Of a stretch of 52,163 nt of DNA, positions 30,426-41,233 are shown piece by piece. Source of the DNA: Actinomycetota bacterium. GTDB lineage: Bacteria; Actinomycetota; Actinomycetes; Nanopelagicales; Nanopelagicaceae. Every line of letters begins with the position of its first letter. Position 1 is the first letter of the stretch. A program made the position numbers and the translations under genes. The notes beneath the pieces were generated by a model. That model did no database searches, was not told the origin of the DNA, and saw only the letters and a program-made list of their open reading frames with translations. The stretch covers positions 1 to 52,163 of the forward strand of contig RFMS01000123.1 of NCBI GenBank assembly GCA_009927575.1. The letters run 5' to 3'.

Positions 30426-31413
30426 GTGCTCAGGTTACCTTGCGCAAGCTTTCTCGGAGAGGATAAGAAGCCGATTCCCCAGGACATATGCATAGTGATG
30501 AGAACTAGTGGCAATCGAAAACGTTCTCCCCATGATTTTCCAATAATGAGTGAACCAACGAGAAGTGAAAGTAGATACATCACAAATGGTGCACCGAACG
30601 CTGGAATGAAAAAACTACCTAGAACGGAAACGAAAGAGATGACAACTGCTATCGGTGGCGCTAGATATCGAAAATTTACGGTTTCTGGATAGCGACGTGA
30701 CACTGCTCTGCGCCATCTGCCATATTCGAAATATTGTTTTGCAAGCGCAGAATTCTTTTTCGTGGTCGGTAAATCACTATTAGTCGAGGATCGAAATAAA
30801 CTAGTCCGCCGGCTTGTCGTAGCCGATAATTCATCTCCCAATCTTGTGCTCGCGTAAATTCTTCATCGTAGCCACCAACAGCGCGCACCGCAGACTTTTG
30901 AAACGTTCCTAAATACACAGTATCGGCAGCGCCTTCGTTACCTCCGGTATGAAAACGAGATGCTCCGACTCCGATAACAGATCTCATGGCACGTGCTACT
31001 GCTTTTTGAAATGGCGTAATTCCTTCAGCGGCCATGATTCCACCAACATTGACTGCGCCAGTTCGTTGCATCGTTTCAACAGCGCTTGCGATATATGTCG
31101 GTGCAATTTCCGAATGCCCGTCAATTCGCACCACAATGTCATGTCTGGCGGCAGCAAATGCGATATTAAGTGCGTTCGGTGTTCGACCCGATGGGTTCGA
31201 AACTATGGTGACTCGATTATCTTTTCGCGCAATATCTTCAGCAACTTTTTCTGTGCCATCTCGTGACGGTCCAATTGCCAAAATCACTTCAATCTCACCG
31301 AGATATTCCTGAGAGAGGATGGTGTCAACCGCGGCTTGGAGATGATCTGCCTCATTCAATATCGGAATGACAACTGAAACTGGCGGATATGCGCTCGTGA
31401 TTGAGTTTCCCAT
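30422..31413 (-). pseudogene. family 2 glycosyltransferase (ExoA-like) with C-terminal TM segments; frame broken at a T5 run, 30756-30760
   Basis: VSVVIPILNEADHL, RIDGHS and GGIMAAEGITPFQKAVARAMRSVIGVGASRFH are ExoA-type GT2 motifs. ...YRPRK continues as KNSALAKQYFEYGRWRRAV... in ORF 30422..30841. The stop overlaps the permease GTG (GTGA). Confidence 0.8.
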
Positions 31414-31449
31414 AACGAATAAAAGGTATCGCCCCATTACGCTACAGCC

Positions 31450-32547
31450 GTGAAATCAACGCGCGCTATTCGGTTTTTTACCGGACTTTCAATCGCGCTT
31501 GTAGCAATTTCAGCCATCGGTGCAATCGGTTTAGGTGGTCTCTCCTCACAACTCAACCGAACATCAGTATTTGGCGGATTAAAAAATAGACCGCACTCAG
31601 CCTCAAGCGCTGTGAATTATCTCGTCGTTGGTTCAGATACGCGCGAAGGTTTAACCAAAGAACAACAACGAGCGCTCCGAGTGGGAAGTACGAAGACTGC
31701 CGCTGGAAAACGCTCTGACACGATGTTGCTTGTTCATATTTCAAAAAAGCGCGATAAAGCAGTCATTGTTTCAATTCCTCGAGATACGTTTGCACTTATT
31801 CCAGCGCACACCAACGCTTCTGGAAAATTAGTCTCTGAGAGTTACTCAAAAATCAACTCCTCTTTTAATTGGGGTGGTGCGCCACTTTTGATTGAGACCT
31901 TAGAGAATATGACTAAGTTACGAATCGATCATTATGTTGAAGTTAATTTTGCTGGCTTTGCAAATATGGTGGATGCGCTTGGTGGCATCGAAGTCTGTTC
32001 AAAAGTTGCAATCAATGACCCTAAGAGCCACCTCGTCATGGATGCCGGAACGCATATTTTGAATGGCATCGAAGCGCTGAAGTATGTCCGCACGCGTGAC
32101 TTTGATGGAATGGGCGATCTTGGACGTATGCAACGGCAACAACAATTCGTGAGCGCTGTACTTCGCAAAGCAACAAGCGCAGGCGTGCTTCTTAACCCGA
32201 TTAAATTAGTGAGCTTTATCAATTCAGCAATGAGCGCAGTATCGACCGATGAGAATTTGAATAAAGACGATCTCATTACTTTGGCAAAACAAATGAAGAA
32301 TCTCTCCGCATCCAAAGTGAGAACCCTGACCGTCCCCCTTAAGTTTTATAACTACAACTCGCACGGTGTCACATCTGCCGTTCTCTGGGATCCAGTACTC
32401 GCACCAGAACTCTTTCAACGCTTGAGCAATGATGAAGCGATCGTCGACACCGTCAAGCCCTCGGCGTCACCATCTGCTTCGCCAACTGTGATTGATAAGT
32501 TCAAGACTCGCACGGCAGCGGAAAATCCCTGCGGGGCTCTGAAGTAA
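31450..32547 (+). CDS. LCP (LytR-CpsA-Psr) family glycopolymer transferase
   Basis: 365-aa ORF. N-terminal TM, then LVVGSDTREG...RSDTMLLVHISKKRDKAVIVSIPRDT and GRMQRQQQF motifs. Confidence 0.85.
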   Translation: MKSTRAIRFFTGLSIALVAISAIGAIGLGGLSSQLNRTSVFGGLKNRPHSASSAVNYLVVGSDTREGLTKEQQRALRVGSTKTAAGKRSDTMLLVHISKKRDKAVIVSIPRDTFALIPAHTNASGKLVSESYSKINSSFNWGGAPLLIETLENMTKLRIDHYVEVNFAGFANMVDALGGIEVCSKVAINDPKSHLVMDAGTHILNGIEALKYVRTRDFDGMGDLGRMQRQQQFVSAVLRKATSAGVLLNPIKLVSFINSAMSAVSTDENLNKDDLITLAKQMKNLSASKVRTLTVPLKFYNYNSHGVTSAVLWDPVLAPELFQRLSNDEAIVDTVKPSASPSASPTVIDKFKTRTAAENPCGALK

Positions 32548-32556
32548 AGTAAGCGC

Positions 32557-33869
32557 GTGCTCAAACTTTCAGTCATTGGAACCGGTTATCTCGGCGCTAC
32601 TCATGCGGCGGCGATGTCTTCCCTTGGCTTCGAAGTAATCGGAGTTGATGTCGACCCTGCCAAAGTGCAGCTCTTTCCCAAGGAAAAGTTCCATTTTATG
32701 AGCCAGGATTAGAAGAACTTCTCGAGCAAGAAGTGAAATCAGGCAGATTAGTTTTCACGACTGATTTCGCAGCGCTCAAAGATTGCGATGTCCATTTCAT
32801 TTGCGTTGGTACGCCACAAACAAAAGGTTCGCTTGCTGCTGATATGACATATGTCAACGCTGCACTAGACGCGGTTGCGCCACATGCAAAACCAGGTTCG
32901 CTCGTCGTAGGTAAATCAACAGTTCCAGTAGGAACAGCTCAAAGGCTTCATGATCGGTTAAAGAAAGTTTCACCACAAGCAGATCTCGCATGGAATCCGG
33001 AATTTCTTCGTGAGGGTTTTGCTGTGGAAGATACTCTTCGACCAAATCGCTTAGTTGTTGGCGTCACTAACGATTCCTCTGAAAATATTCTCAAAGAGGT
33101 TTATAAAGATTTATTAGCGGCAAATATCCCATGGATTCGCGCAGATCTTCCTACAGCAGAATTAGTAAAGGTTGCGGCAAACTCATTTCTCGCAACAAAA
33201 ATTTCATTTATTAACGCGATGGCAGAAGTCTGCGAAGCTGCAAATGGTGATGTCACAGTACTTGCTCAAGCTATTGGCCACGACCCACGAATTGGTTCGC
33301 GCTTCTTGCAGGCCGGTATTGGTTTTGGTGGAGGTTGTTTACCAAAAGATATTCGTGCATTCATGGCGCGAGCAGATGAATTAGGTGCCCGACAAGCGCT
33401 GGAATTTCTCCGTGAGATTGACTCAATTAATTTGCGTGCACGCCAACGCATGATCGAATTAGTTCGAGCTGATCTCTCAGAAGATCTCAAAGGAAAGAAG
33501 ATTGCCGTACTTGGTGCAGCATTCAAGCCAGATAGCGATGATGTTCGCGATTCCCCAGCACTTGATATCGCTTCGCAAATTCATTCCGCTGGCGCAGATG
33601 TCATTGTTCATGATCCCAAAGCTATTGAGAATGCACGGGCTAGATTCCCACGACTTGGGTTTGCACAAAGTATTGAAGAGTGCGTCAAAGATGCTGATCT
33701 AGTACTCCATTTAACAGAGTGGAAAGAGTATCGAGCGCTCGATCCTGTCGCGGTAAAGAAATTGGTGAAGAACGCAATCGTTATTGATGGCAGAAATCAT
33801 CTCGACCGCGAGAAATGGCTTGCCGCGGGATGGAAGTTCCGCGCGCTCGGTAGAACCCATCACAATTAA
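32557..33869 (+). pseudogene. ugd: UDP-glucose 6-dehydrogenase; frame broken near 32667 (1-nt deletion)
   Basis: GTG at 32557 gives VLKLSVIGTGYLGATHAAAMSSLGFEVIGVDVDPAKV. The other frame then reads AALSQGKVPFYEPGLEELLEQEVKSGRLVFTTD and joins ORF 32733..33869 (FICVGTPQ, GFGGGCLPKD). Confidence 0.85.
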
Positions 33870-33911
33870 TCACTAACTCTGGAAATAAACTCTGGGAAAT
33901 ATCGAATAACA

Positions 33912-34307
33912 ATGGCAAATTCACCACACGATATCGATTTCGCACTCTCACTGAAGAATTGGGCCGTAGTGGGGTTAGGTAATAATCCAGAACGAGCAGC
34001 CTATGGAGTTGCCAAAGTTACTTGATAAAGGGCACCACGTTATTCCTATTATCCGCGCGCTGAAGTTGTTCATGGCCAACAAGGCTATGCAACGCTCGCC
34101 GAAGTACCTGAACAGATTGATGTCGTCGATCTTTTTGTGAATTCATCGCGCGCTGGCGAGTTCGTCGATCAAGCAATTGCTATTGGCGCAAAAGCTGTCT
34201 GGTTACAACTCGATGTTCGCGATGATGCAGCAATCGCTCGTGCTGAAGCGGCCGGACTTGTAGCTATATTCGACCGCTGCCCCGCGATCGAATATCGAAA
34301 GCGTTAA
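33912..34307 (+). pseudogene. CoA-binding domain protein (YccU/YneT-like); two compensating indels (A-run 34014-34016 and about 34050) enclose in-frame stops
   Basis: My translation is MANSPHDIDFALSLKNWAVVGLGNNPERAAYGVAK, then LLDKGHHVIPI in the +1 frame, then back in frame HPRAEVVHGQQGYATLAEVPEQIDVVDLFVNSSRAGEFVDQAIAIGAKAVWLQLDV...DRCPAIEY. Confidence 0.7.
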
Positions 34308-34826
34308 AAACCGGTTCGCTGCGTTAATTTATTCTGTAAATTTTTTCCTTTTTCAATTGCCAGATCGCGAAGTTCGACCGAATATTTCCTTAATTTTTCC
34401 GCAATAGCTGCATCGTGTGTACCAAGTATGCGAAGCGCTAGCAATCCAGCATTGCGCGCATTATCAATGCCAACTGTTGCAACGGGAATTCCCGCTGGCA
34501 TTTGAACAATCGAAAGTAAGTGAATCCATACCATCAAGATTTTTAAGCGACACAGGTACGCCAATTACTGGCAGAGTCGTTTGTGAAGCAACCATTCCAG
34601 GAAGGTGTGCTGCGCCACCAGCGCCAGCGATGATGACTGAATAACCTTTGCTCGCGGCAGACTTTGCAAACGCCGACATTTCTTCTGGCATGCGATGTGC
34701 AGAGAGAACTTCAGCGCTATAACTCACGCCAAACTCATCAAGAATTTTTCCGGCTTCTTGCATGACAGGCCAATCAGAATCAGAGCCCATGATGATTGCA
34801 ATACTTTTACTCATCAATTGCTCCAT
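34304..34826 (-). pseudogene. purE: N5-carboxyaminoimidazole ribonucleotide mutase; frame broken near 34517 (apparent extra base)
   Basis: [18 protein letters not shown]..., [14 protein letters not shown], then ...LDGMDSL / [24 protein letters not shown] across ORFs 34464..34826 and 34304..34564. Confidence 0.9.
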
Positions 34827-35913
34827 TCATGTAATCCACTGCATGCTGCACCTCTTCGTGCAAGGAGTCGAGATTATTGCCAATGGCAGTAACGTGTCCA
34901 ACTTTTCGTCCGGGCTTAACAGTTTTTCGATATTGATGAATTTTTAAATGAGGAGTTCGCGCAAAGAGGTGGAGGTATGGCCGATACATATCGGTTTTTT
35001 CACCACCTAATATGTTTCCCATCACCGCAAATGGCGCACGCATTGCCGTATCGCCCAATGGAAGATCAAGCACTGCGCGCAGATGTTGTTCAAATTGTGA
35101 GGTGGTTGAACCTTCGATAGTCCAATGCCCAGAATTGTGCGGACGCATTGCTAATTCATTGATCACAAAGCTGCCATCGACTAGGAACATCTCAACTGCC
35201 ATAACACCCACTAAGCCAACGACATCGGCAATCTCGATCGCTAACTTCTGCGCGAGGCCATGTTGTTCATGAGTAAGAGATGGAGCAGGCGTGACAGTTT
35301 TAATGCATATTCCCTCTGATTGCACTGTTTCGGTTGCTGGCCAGGTCGCAATCTGTCCATGCGGTGATCGAGCGACCATGACAGCAATTTCACTTGTGAA
35401 ATTTAATTTCTCTTCCAGCAAGAAATCGCTCTCGCCTAATTCTTTCAATTCACCTTCGTTATGAATAACCCATACACCGCGTCCGTCATAACCACCTGAA
35501 ATTGATTTCGCAATGAGCGGAAAATCTAACTCCAATGGCTGAGAACGCAATTGCCAAGCAGGAGACGGCAGATTATGTTCCGAAAGTTTCTTCCGTAACT
35601 CCGCTTTATTCTGCGAAAAAATAAATGAACTTCCCCGCGGTCTTACTACAATTCCATTCTTCTCTAGCTCTGCAATCACTGATTGCGGAATCAATTCGTG
35701 CTCGAAGGTAACGACGTCACAATTCTTGGCAAAAGCTAATACTTCATCAGCGCGCGAGTAGTTACCGAGAACAAAATCTGCATTGAGCGCTGCTGAATCA
35801 TCTTGCGCTTGTGCAAACACTTTGAGGTTCACACCTAACGCAATTGACGGTGCGATCATCATTCGAGCTAATTGTCCGGCGCCAATAACGCCAACAGTTG
35901 GAAATTGCGCCAC
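34807..35913 (-). CDS. purK: N5-carboxyaminoimidazole ribonucleotide synthase (ATP-grasp)
   Basis: 368-aa [17 protein letters not shown]-terminus and ATP-grasp core ([10 protein letters not shown]). Overlaps the purE start. Confidence 0.9.
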   Translation of the reverse strand: MAQFPTVGVIGAGQLARMMIAPSIALGVNLKVFAQAQDDSAALNADFVLGNYSRADEVLAFAKNCDVVTFEHELIPQSVIAELEKNGIVVRPRGSSFIFSQNKAELRKKLSEHNLPSPAWQLRSQPLELDFPLIAKSISGGYDGRGVWVIHNEGELKELGESDFLLEEKLNFTSEIAVMVARSPHGQIATWPATETVQSEGICIKTVTPAPSLTHEQHGLAQKLAIEIADVVGLVGVMAVEMFLVDGSFVINELAMRPHNSGHWTIEGSTTSQFEQHLRAVLDLPLGDTAMRAPFAVMGNILGGEKTDMYRPYLHLFARTPHLKIHQYRKTVKPGRKVGHVTAIGNNLDSLHEEVQHAVDYMNGAIDE

Positions 35914-35974
35914 TGAGCAAGGGTACTTGGGATGTCATCGCTACACTAACCGAGTGATTTCGCGTTTGATTAAA

Positions 35975-36382
35975 ATGAGACACGAGCTAATGAAGTTTGG
36001 CAGCGTTGGCGCAATTGCATATGTTGTAGCAGTTGGTGGCTTTAACGCGCTAGTTCATTTGCCTGGTGCGCCACTTAAATCTAAGCCAGTTACCGCGTCC
36101 ATCATTTCTGGTGCACTTTCAATCATGGTGGCATATTTTGGAAATCGGCATTGGACCTGGCGAGATCGACCAAAAGGAAACCTCTCTCGCGAGATTTCGC
36201 TCTTCTTTGCGTTGAATTTAATTGGACTTGCAATCGGCACGCTCACGCTCGCTATTTCTCGATATGTTCTTGGTTTTGATTCAGCTCTTGCAGACAACAT
36301 CAGCGCAAACGTCATTGGAGTTGGAATCGGCACGCTCTTCAGGTTTTATAGCTATCGGAAATGGGTTTTTAAATCAGCGTAG
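35975..36382 (+). CDS. GtrA-family membrane protein
   Basis: Internal ATG of ORF 35783..36382, whose 5' part is antisense to purK. LMKFGSVGAIAYVV...YFGNRHWTWRDR...FRFYSYRKWVF is the typical 4-TM GtrA pattern. GTG at 35954 is an alternative start. Confidence 0.7.
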   Translation: MRHELMKFGSVGAIAYVVAVGGFNALVHLPGAPLKSKPVTASIISGALSIMVAYFGNRHWTWRDRPKGNLSREISLFFALNLIGLAIGTLTLAISRYVLGFDSALADNISANVIGVGIGTLFRFYSYRKWVFKSA

Positions 36383-37123
36383 GTGAGTCACATCTCCAAC
36401 GTTAAAACGCTCGCCAGATTCAAGCACTAACGATCCATCTCTACTAATTTCACTTACTACGCCCTCTGCCACTTCACCATTTACGAATTCGATACGAACA
36501 TTACGACCGACCGTTGCTGAATGGATCACTAACTCTTCGATATCTATCTCTGACTTATTCCACTTATTAAAGTGAGAATGTATTTCAGATGACACTGAAA
36601 TTAACACGTCATCTCTATTTATTGTGTTACCGCACTTGATCGAGAGCGAAGTCGCCGTGGGAACTGGTAGCTCATACTCGGAGATATTGACGTTAATACC
36701 CACGCCAGCAATGATTCCATTTCCACGTACTTCACAGAGAATTCCACATATTTTCTTCTCATCAATCAGCACATCATTTGGCCACTTTGTTTGAGCAACA
36801 AGGCCAGTGAAATTTCTTATTGCGGTTGCTACCGCGTGACCAATAAGTACAGGCACTACTCCCCACTCGCTTTTATTTCGATGCGGTTCTAGATACATTG
36901 AGAAGAGAAGTGAACTTGAAGCAGGTGCAGTAAAAGTTCTTTCAAGTCGTCCGCGGCCATGAGTTTGGAACTCTGCAACAAGAAGATCAAATGGTTGAAG
37001 TGGTGAAAAAATTTGCGAAATTTCGGTTTGCGTCGATGTTGTCTCAGCAATCACCTTTACTCGCGGGTAAGTATTCGCCAACGCTTGTGAGATTTGTATC
37101 GCGTTTAGCGGAGTAAGGCTCAT
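36374..37123 (-). CDS. birA: biotin--[acetyl-CoA-carboxylase] ligase (class I, no N-terminal HTH)
   Basis: 249-aa ORF. QTHGRGRLERTF and TKWPNDVLIDEKKICGILCE motifs. Divergent from the carboxylase genes. Confidence 0.85.
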   Translation of the reverse strand: MSLTPLNAIQISQALANTYPRVKVIAETTSTQTEISQIFSPLQPFDLLVAEFQTHGRGRLERTFTAPASSSLLFSMYLEPHRNKSEWGVVPVLIGHAVATAIRNFTGLVAQTKWPNDVLIDEKKICGILCEVRGNGIIAGVGINVNISEYELPVPTATSLSIKCGNTINRDDVLISVSSEIHSHFNKWNKSEIDIEELVIHSATVGRNVRIEFVNGEVAEGVVSEISRDGSLVLESGERFNVGDVTHLR

Positions 37124-37164
37124 CGCGTGCTTCTCCTGACCGGTTTGGCTAGTACCGTTAGCGC

Positions 37165-38736
37165 ATGACCGAAGACATTCATACTACGGCTGGAAAGATC
37201 GAAGATCTGCGAAAACGCCTTGATGAAGCAGTTCATGCCGGCTCTGCTCGTGCGATAGAGAAGCAACATGCCAAAGGCAAGATGACAGCTCGCGAGCGAA
37301 TCGAAAAGCTTGTTGACGAAGGCTCATTTACTGAACTTGATGAATTTGCTCGACATCGTTCGACCAATTTTGGAATGCAAGATAATCGTCCTTACGGCGA
37401 CGGAGTTGTCACAGGATACGGAACCGTTGATGGTCGACAGGTTGCAATTTTCTCTCAAGATTTCACAGTTATGGGTGGAAGTTTGGGCGAAGTATTTGGT
37501 GAGAAAATTGTAAAAATTATGGATTTCGCTCTCAAGAGCGGTATTCCACTCATCGGAATTAATGATTCGGGTGGCGCACGAATTCAAGAAGGTGTTGTAT
37601 CACTTGGACGTTATGGTGAGATTTTTCGACGTAATGCACGCTCCTCTGGCGTCATCCCACAAATATCTTTGATTCTCGGACCTTGTGCAGGTGGTGCGGT
37701 TTATTCACCAGCAATGACAGATTTTACGGTCATGGTCAATGAAACATCACACATGTTCATTACTGGACCTGAAGTAATCAAAACTGTTACGGGTGAAGAA
37801 GTTGGAATGGAAGAGTTAGGTGGAGCTCATACTCATAGCTCACGAACTGGTAATTCACACTACTTAGCAAATAGCGAAGATGACGCAATTGATTATGTAA
37901 AAGCGCTTCTCTCCTATCTCCCAAGTAACAATATGGATGAAGCGCCAATTTTGCCGGCGACTGAACCAGAAGATTTCACCGATCTCGATAAATCTCTCAA
38001 TACGTTGATACCTGATAGCCCGAATCAACCATATGACATGCACAAAGTCATTGCTGCGATTCTCGATGAGTCAGAATTTCTTGAAGTTCAAGAGCTCTGG
38101 GCACCAAATATCATCATTGGTTTTGGCCGAATTGAAGGTCATTCTGTAGGTATCGTGGCTAATCAACCAATGCAATTAGCTGGAACTCTCAATATTGATG
38201 CGAGCGAAAAAGCTGCACGATTTGTCCGTACCTGCGACGCATATGGAATTCCTATTATTACCTTGGTTGATGTACCTGGTTTCTTACCTGGAACTGATCA
38301 AGAATGGAACGGAATCATTCGTCGCGGAGCAAAGTTGCTCTATGCATACGGTGAAGCTTCGGTTCCCATGGTCACTCTCATTACTCGTAAAGCGTATGGC
38401 GGTGCATACGATGTGATGGGTTCCAAACATTTAGGTGCAGATATCAATCTTGCCTGGCCAACCGCGCAGATTGCAGTTATGGGCGCACAAGGCGCAGTTA
38501 ATATTCTCTATCGTAAAGAACTCTCTGAAGCGAAAGATCAAGAGAAACTTCGCAAAGAACTCATCACAGAGTACGAAGATACGTTGGCAAATCCTTATGT
38601 TGCTGCAGAACGTGGCTATATCGATGCTGTTATCGAACCGCATCAAACACGTCGCTACATCACACGCGCACTTGTTGCACTTCGCAATAAACGCGATGTA
38701 TTGCCTCCCCGTAAACATGGAAACATTCCACTCTAA
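37165..38736 (+). CDS. accD5: acyl-CoA (propionyl/acetyl-CoA) carboxylase carboxyltransferase beta subunit
   Basis: 523-aa ORF with the two crotonase-like CT domains ([42 protein letters not shown]). Confidence 0.9.
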   Translation: MTEDIHTTAGKIEDLRKRLDEAVHAGSARAIEKQHAKGKMTARERIEKLVDEGSFTELDEFARHRSTNFGMQDNRPYGDGVVTGYGTVDGRQVAIFSQDFTVMGGSLGEVFGEKIVKIMDFALKSGIPLIGINDSGGARIQEGVVSLGRYGEIFRRNARSSGVIPQISLILGPCAGGAVYSPAMTDFTVMVNETSHMFITGPEVIKTVTGEEVGMEELGGAHTHSSRTGNSHYLANSEDDAIDYVKALLSYLPSNNMDEAPILPATEPEDFTDLDKSLNTLIPDSPNQPYDMHKVIAAILDESEFLEVQELWAPNIIIGFGRIEGHSVGIVANQPMQLAGTLNIDASEKAARFVRTCDAYGIPIITLVDVPGFLPGTDQEWNGIIRRGAKLLYAYGEASVPMVTLITRKAYGGAYDVMGSKHLGADINLAWPTAQIAVMGAQGAVNILYRKELSEAKDQEKLRKELITEYEDTLANPYVAAERGYIDAVIEPHQTRRYITRALVALRNKRDVLPPRKHGNIPL

Positions 38737-38739
38737 CTC

Positions 38740-38913
38740 ATGAATTTTTCGATTACACGGGGCAATCCGACTGATCAGGAGCGCGCTGCAATAGAGAGCG
38801 TACTTAAATCTCGGAAGAGCGCTCCAATTTCGCGGCGCAGTAGATGGGGTCAACCTCAATTACGTGGTGAATTAAGAAAGTCAGAGCCACGCGGGATTGG
38901 TGGCGAAAGATAA
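38740..38913 (+). CDS. accE: acyl-CoA carboxylase epsilon subunit (57 aa)
   Basis: Below the ORF-track cut-off. My translation is MNFSITRGNPTDQERAAIESVLKSRKSAPISRRSRWGQPQLRGELRKSEPRGIGGER, which shows the family pattern ...RGNPT.EE.AA...VL......SRWG.P. It begins 3 nt after the accD5 stop and ends in a TAATG overlap with maf. Confidence 0.7.
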   Translation: MNFSITRGNPTDQERAAIESVLKSRKSAPISRRSRWGQPQLRGELRKSEPRGIGGER

Positions 38914-39524
38914 TGCCACGAATTGTGCTTGCATCAGGGTCCCCTTCTCGTAAGAGACTTCTCAATTCAGTAGGAATCAACCCTGAAATAATCGTGAGTA
39001 ATGTTGATGAAGAGTTACCTGAATATCAAAAACTCTCACCAGCCGAGCTCGTTGTCGCGCTCGCCATTGTTAAAGCGCATACGGTAAAAAGCCATGTTGA
39101 TTTTCCAGCAATCATTATTGGATGTGACTCCACATTTGAATTCAATGGTCAATCACTCGGTAAGCCTGGAACGGCCGAGAACGCAATTGCACGCGCAAAA
39201 GAACTTCGCGGTAAATCTGGAATATTGCATACCGGACACTGTGTTATTGATACTGAAAAAGGAATCGAATTCTCCGATATCGCTTCAACTCGCGTTTTCT
39301 TTAGTGATATGACAGATCGTGAAATTGAAGATTACGTTGCAACCGGTGAACCACTCAACGTTGCAGGAGGTTTTACGCTCGACGGTTTGAGCGCGCCTTT
39401 TATTGCACGAATCGAAGGTGAAGCAAGTAACGTCATCGGACTTTCGTTGCCACTTCTACGAAAAGCGATACATCACTTAGGTTATGACTGGTTCTCGTTA
39501 GCAAAATCGGAGGCGACCGTATGA
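38913..39524 (+). CDS. maf: Maf-family nucleoside triphosphate pyrophosphatase
   Basis: 203-aa [18 protein letters not shown]-terminus and ...[14 protein letters not shown]...VAGGFTLDG. Confidence 0.85.
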   Translation: MPRIVLASGSPSRKRLLNSVGINPEIIVSNVDEELPEYQKLSPAELVVALAIVKAHTVKSHVDFPAIIIGCDSTFEFNGQSLGKPGTAENAIARAKELRGKSGILHTGHCVIDTEKGIEFSDIASTRVFFSDMTDREIEDYVATGEPLNVAGGFTLDGLSAPFIARIEGEASNVIGLSLPLLRKAIHHLGYDWFSLAKSEATV

Positions 39525-41233
39525 AATCCGTATTAATCGCAAACCGTGGCGAGATTGCAGTTCGCGTTGCACGAGCATGTAAAGATCATGGCCTAAAAAG
39601 CATCGCTGTCTATTCCGATGAAGATCGCAATGCGCTCCATGTCCAGGCTGCAGATGATGCGTACTCTCTCGATGGAATTACTGGCGCACAGACTTATCTC
39701 AACATTGAAAAAATTATTGCGGTTGCAAAGAAAGCTGGCGCAGATGCAGTTCATCCTGGATACGGCTTTCTCTCTGAGAACGCAGATTTTGCGCGCGCGG
39801 TAATCAAGGCAGGTCTTGTCTGGATTGGTCCGTCACCGGAAGCGATAACTGCTCTTGGCGATAAAGTTCTGCGCGAAAAATTGCGGCAAAAGTTGGTGCA
39901 CCTCTCGTCGCTGGAACACCAAATCCCGTTGATTCCGCAGATGAAGTCGTTGCCTTTGCAAAGGAACATGGGCTACCAGTTGCAATTAAAGCTGCATACG
40001 GTGGCGGTGGTCGCGGCTTAAAAGTTGCGCGAACACTTGAAGAGATTCCAGAACTTTTTGCATCTGCAGTGCGAGAAGCTATCTCTGGTTTTGGTCGAGG
40101 TGAATGTTTCGTCGAGCGATATCTTGATAAACCGCGCCACGTAGAGACACAAGTGCTTGTGGATCAACATGGAAATGCGATGGTGGTTTCTACTCGCGAC
40201 TGTTCATTGCAACGACGCCATCAAAAACTTGTCGAAGAAGCACCTGCGCCATTTCTTTCTCAATCTCAAATAGATGAGCTCTATCGAAGTAGCAAAGCAA
40301 TCATGAAAGAAGCAGGGTATGTCGGCGCTGGAACATGTGAATTCCTTGTCGGAATCGATGGCACGATCTCTTTCTTGGAAGTTAATACTCGCCTTCAAGT
40401 AGAACACCCTGTCAGTGAAGAAGTTGCTGGCGTTGATTTAGTTCGCGAACAGTTCCGCATTGCCATGGGAGAGAAAATTTCGAATACCGATCCAGTAATT
40501 CGTGGCCATTCCATTGAATTTAGAATCAACGGCGAAGATCCAGGACGAAATTTCCTTCCTGCGCCAGGAACAATTACCGAGTGGCGTACACCTAGCGGTC
40601 CCGGCGTACGTGTTGACGCTGGATTTACTGCTGGCGATGTCATCGGTGGCAACTTTGATTCGTTATTAGCCAAACTCATTGTCACTGGTTCAACCCGCGA
40701 GGAAGCCTCGCTCGTGCCCGTCGTGCACTTGCAGAATTTCATGTTGGTGGCTTAGCAACTGCGCTGCCATTCCATCGCGCAATTGTTAATGATCCTGCTT
40801 ACACCGAAAAATTCTCGGTCTACACAAGTTATATCGAAACAGAATTTATAAACGAGATACCGGCATTTACTGCTGGATCAGATGCACAACATTCAGGTGC
40901 TCGTGCTGAAAAACTAGTCGTTGAAGTTGATGGACATCGCTTTGATGTAACTGTTCACGCAGCGGAAAATACCATAAGCGCCATCGCGCAAAGAGCGGTG
41001 TAACCGGAGTTGTTACCGGAGATTCACTCACTAGCCCTATGCAGGGAACAGTTGTGAAATTTGCCGTTAATGATGGCGATTCAGTCAATGCTGGCGATCT
41101 GATCTGCGTCCTTGAAGCGATGAAGATGGAGCAACCGCTTAATGCTCATAAGAGCGGTACCGTGAAAGATATCGCTGCAAAAATTGGTGAAACGATTACA
41201 AGCGGAAGTCGAATCTGCAGTATCGTCGATTAA
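39521..41233 (+). pseudogene. accA3: acetyl/propionyl-CoA carboxylase alpha subunit (biotin carboxylase plus BCCP); three frame breaks (about 39868, about 40707, and within 40946-41000)
   Basis: [22 protein letters not shown].... GDKV / [21 protein letters not shown]...[16 protein letters not shown] joins ORF 40069..40755. ...TREEA / (L)[29 protein letters not shown].... The final frame carries PMQGTVVKF...VLEAMKMEQ (biotinyl-Lys motif). Confidence 0.9.

Noticed and set aside
35783-35974. Upstream part of ORF 35783..36382 as coding sequence of the GtrA gene
   Set aside because: It overlaps the purK N-terminus on the opposite strand and is Cys/Ala/Thr-rich without TM character. GtrA-like sequence starts around MRHELMKFGSVG.
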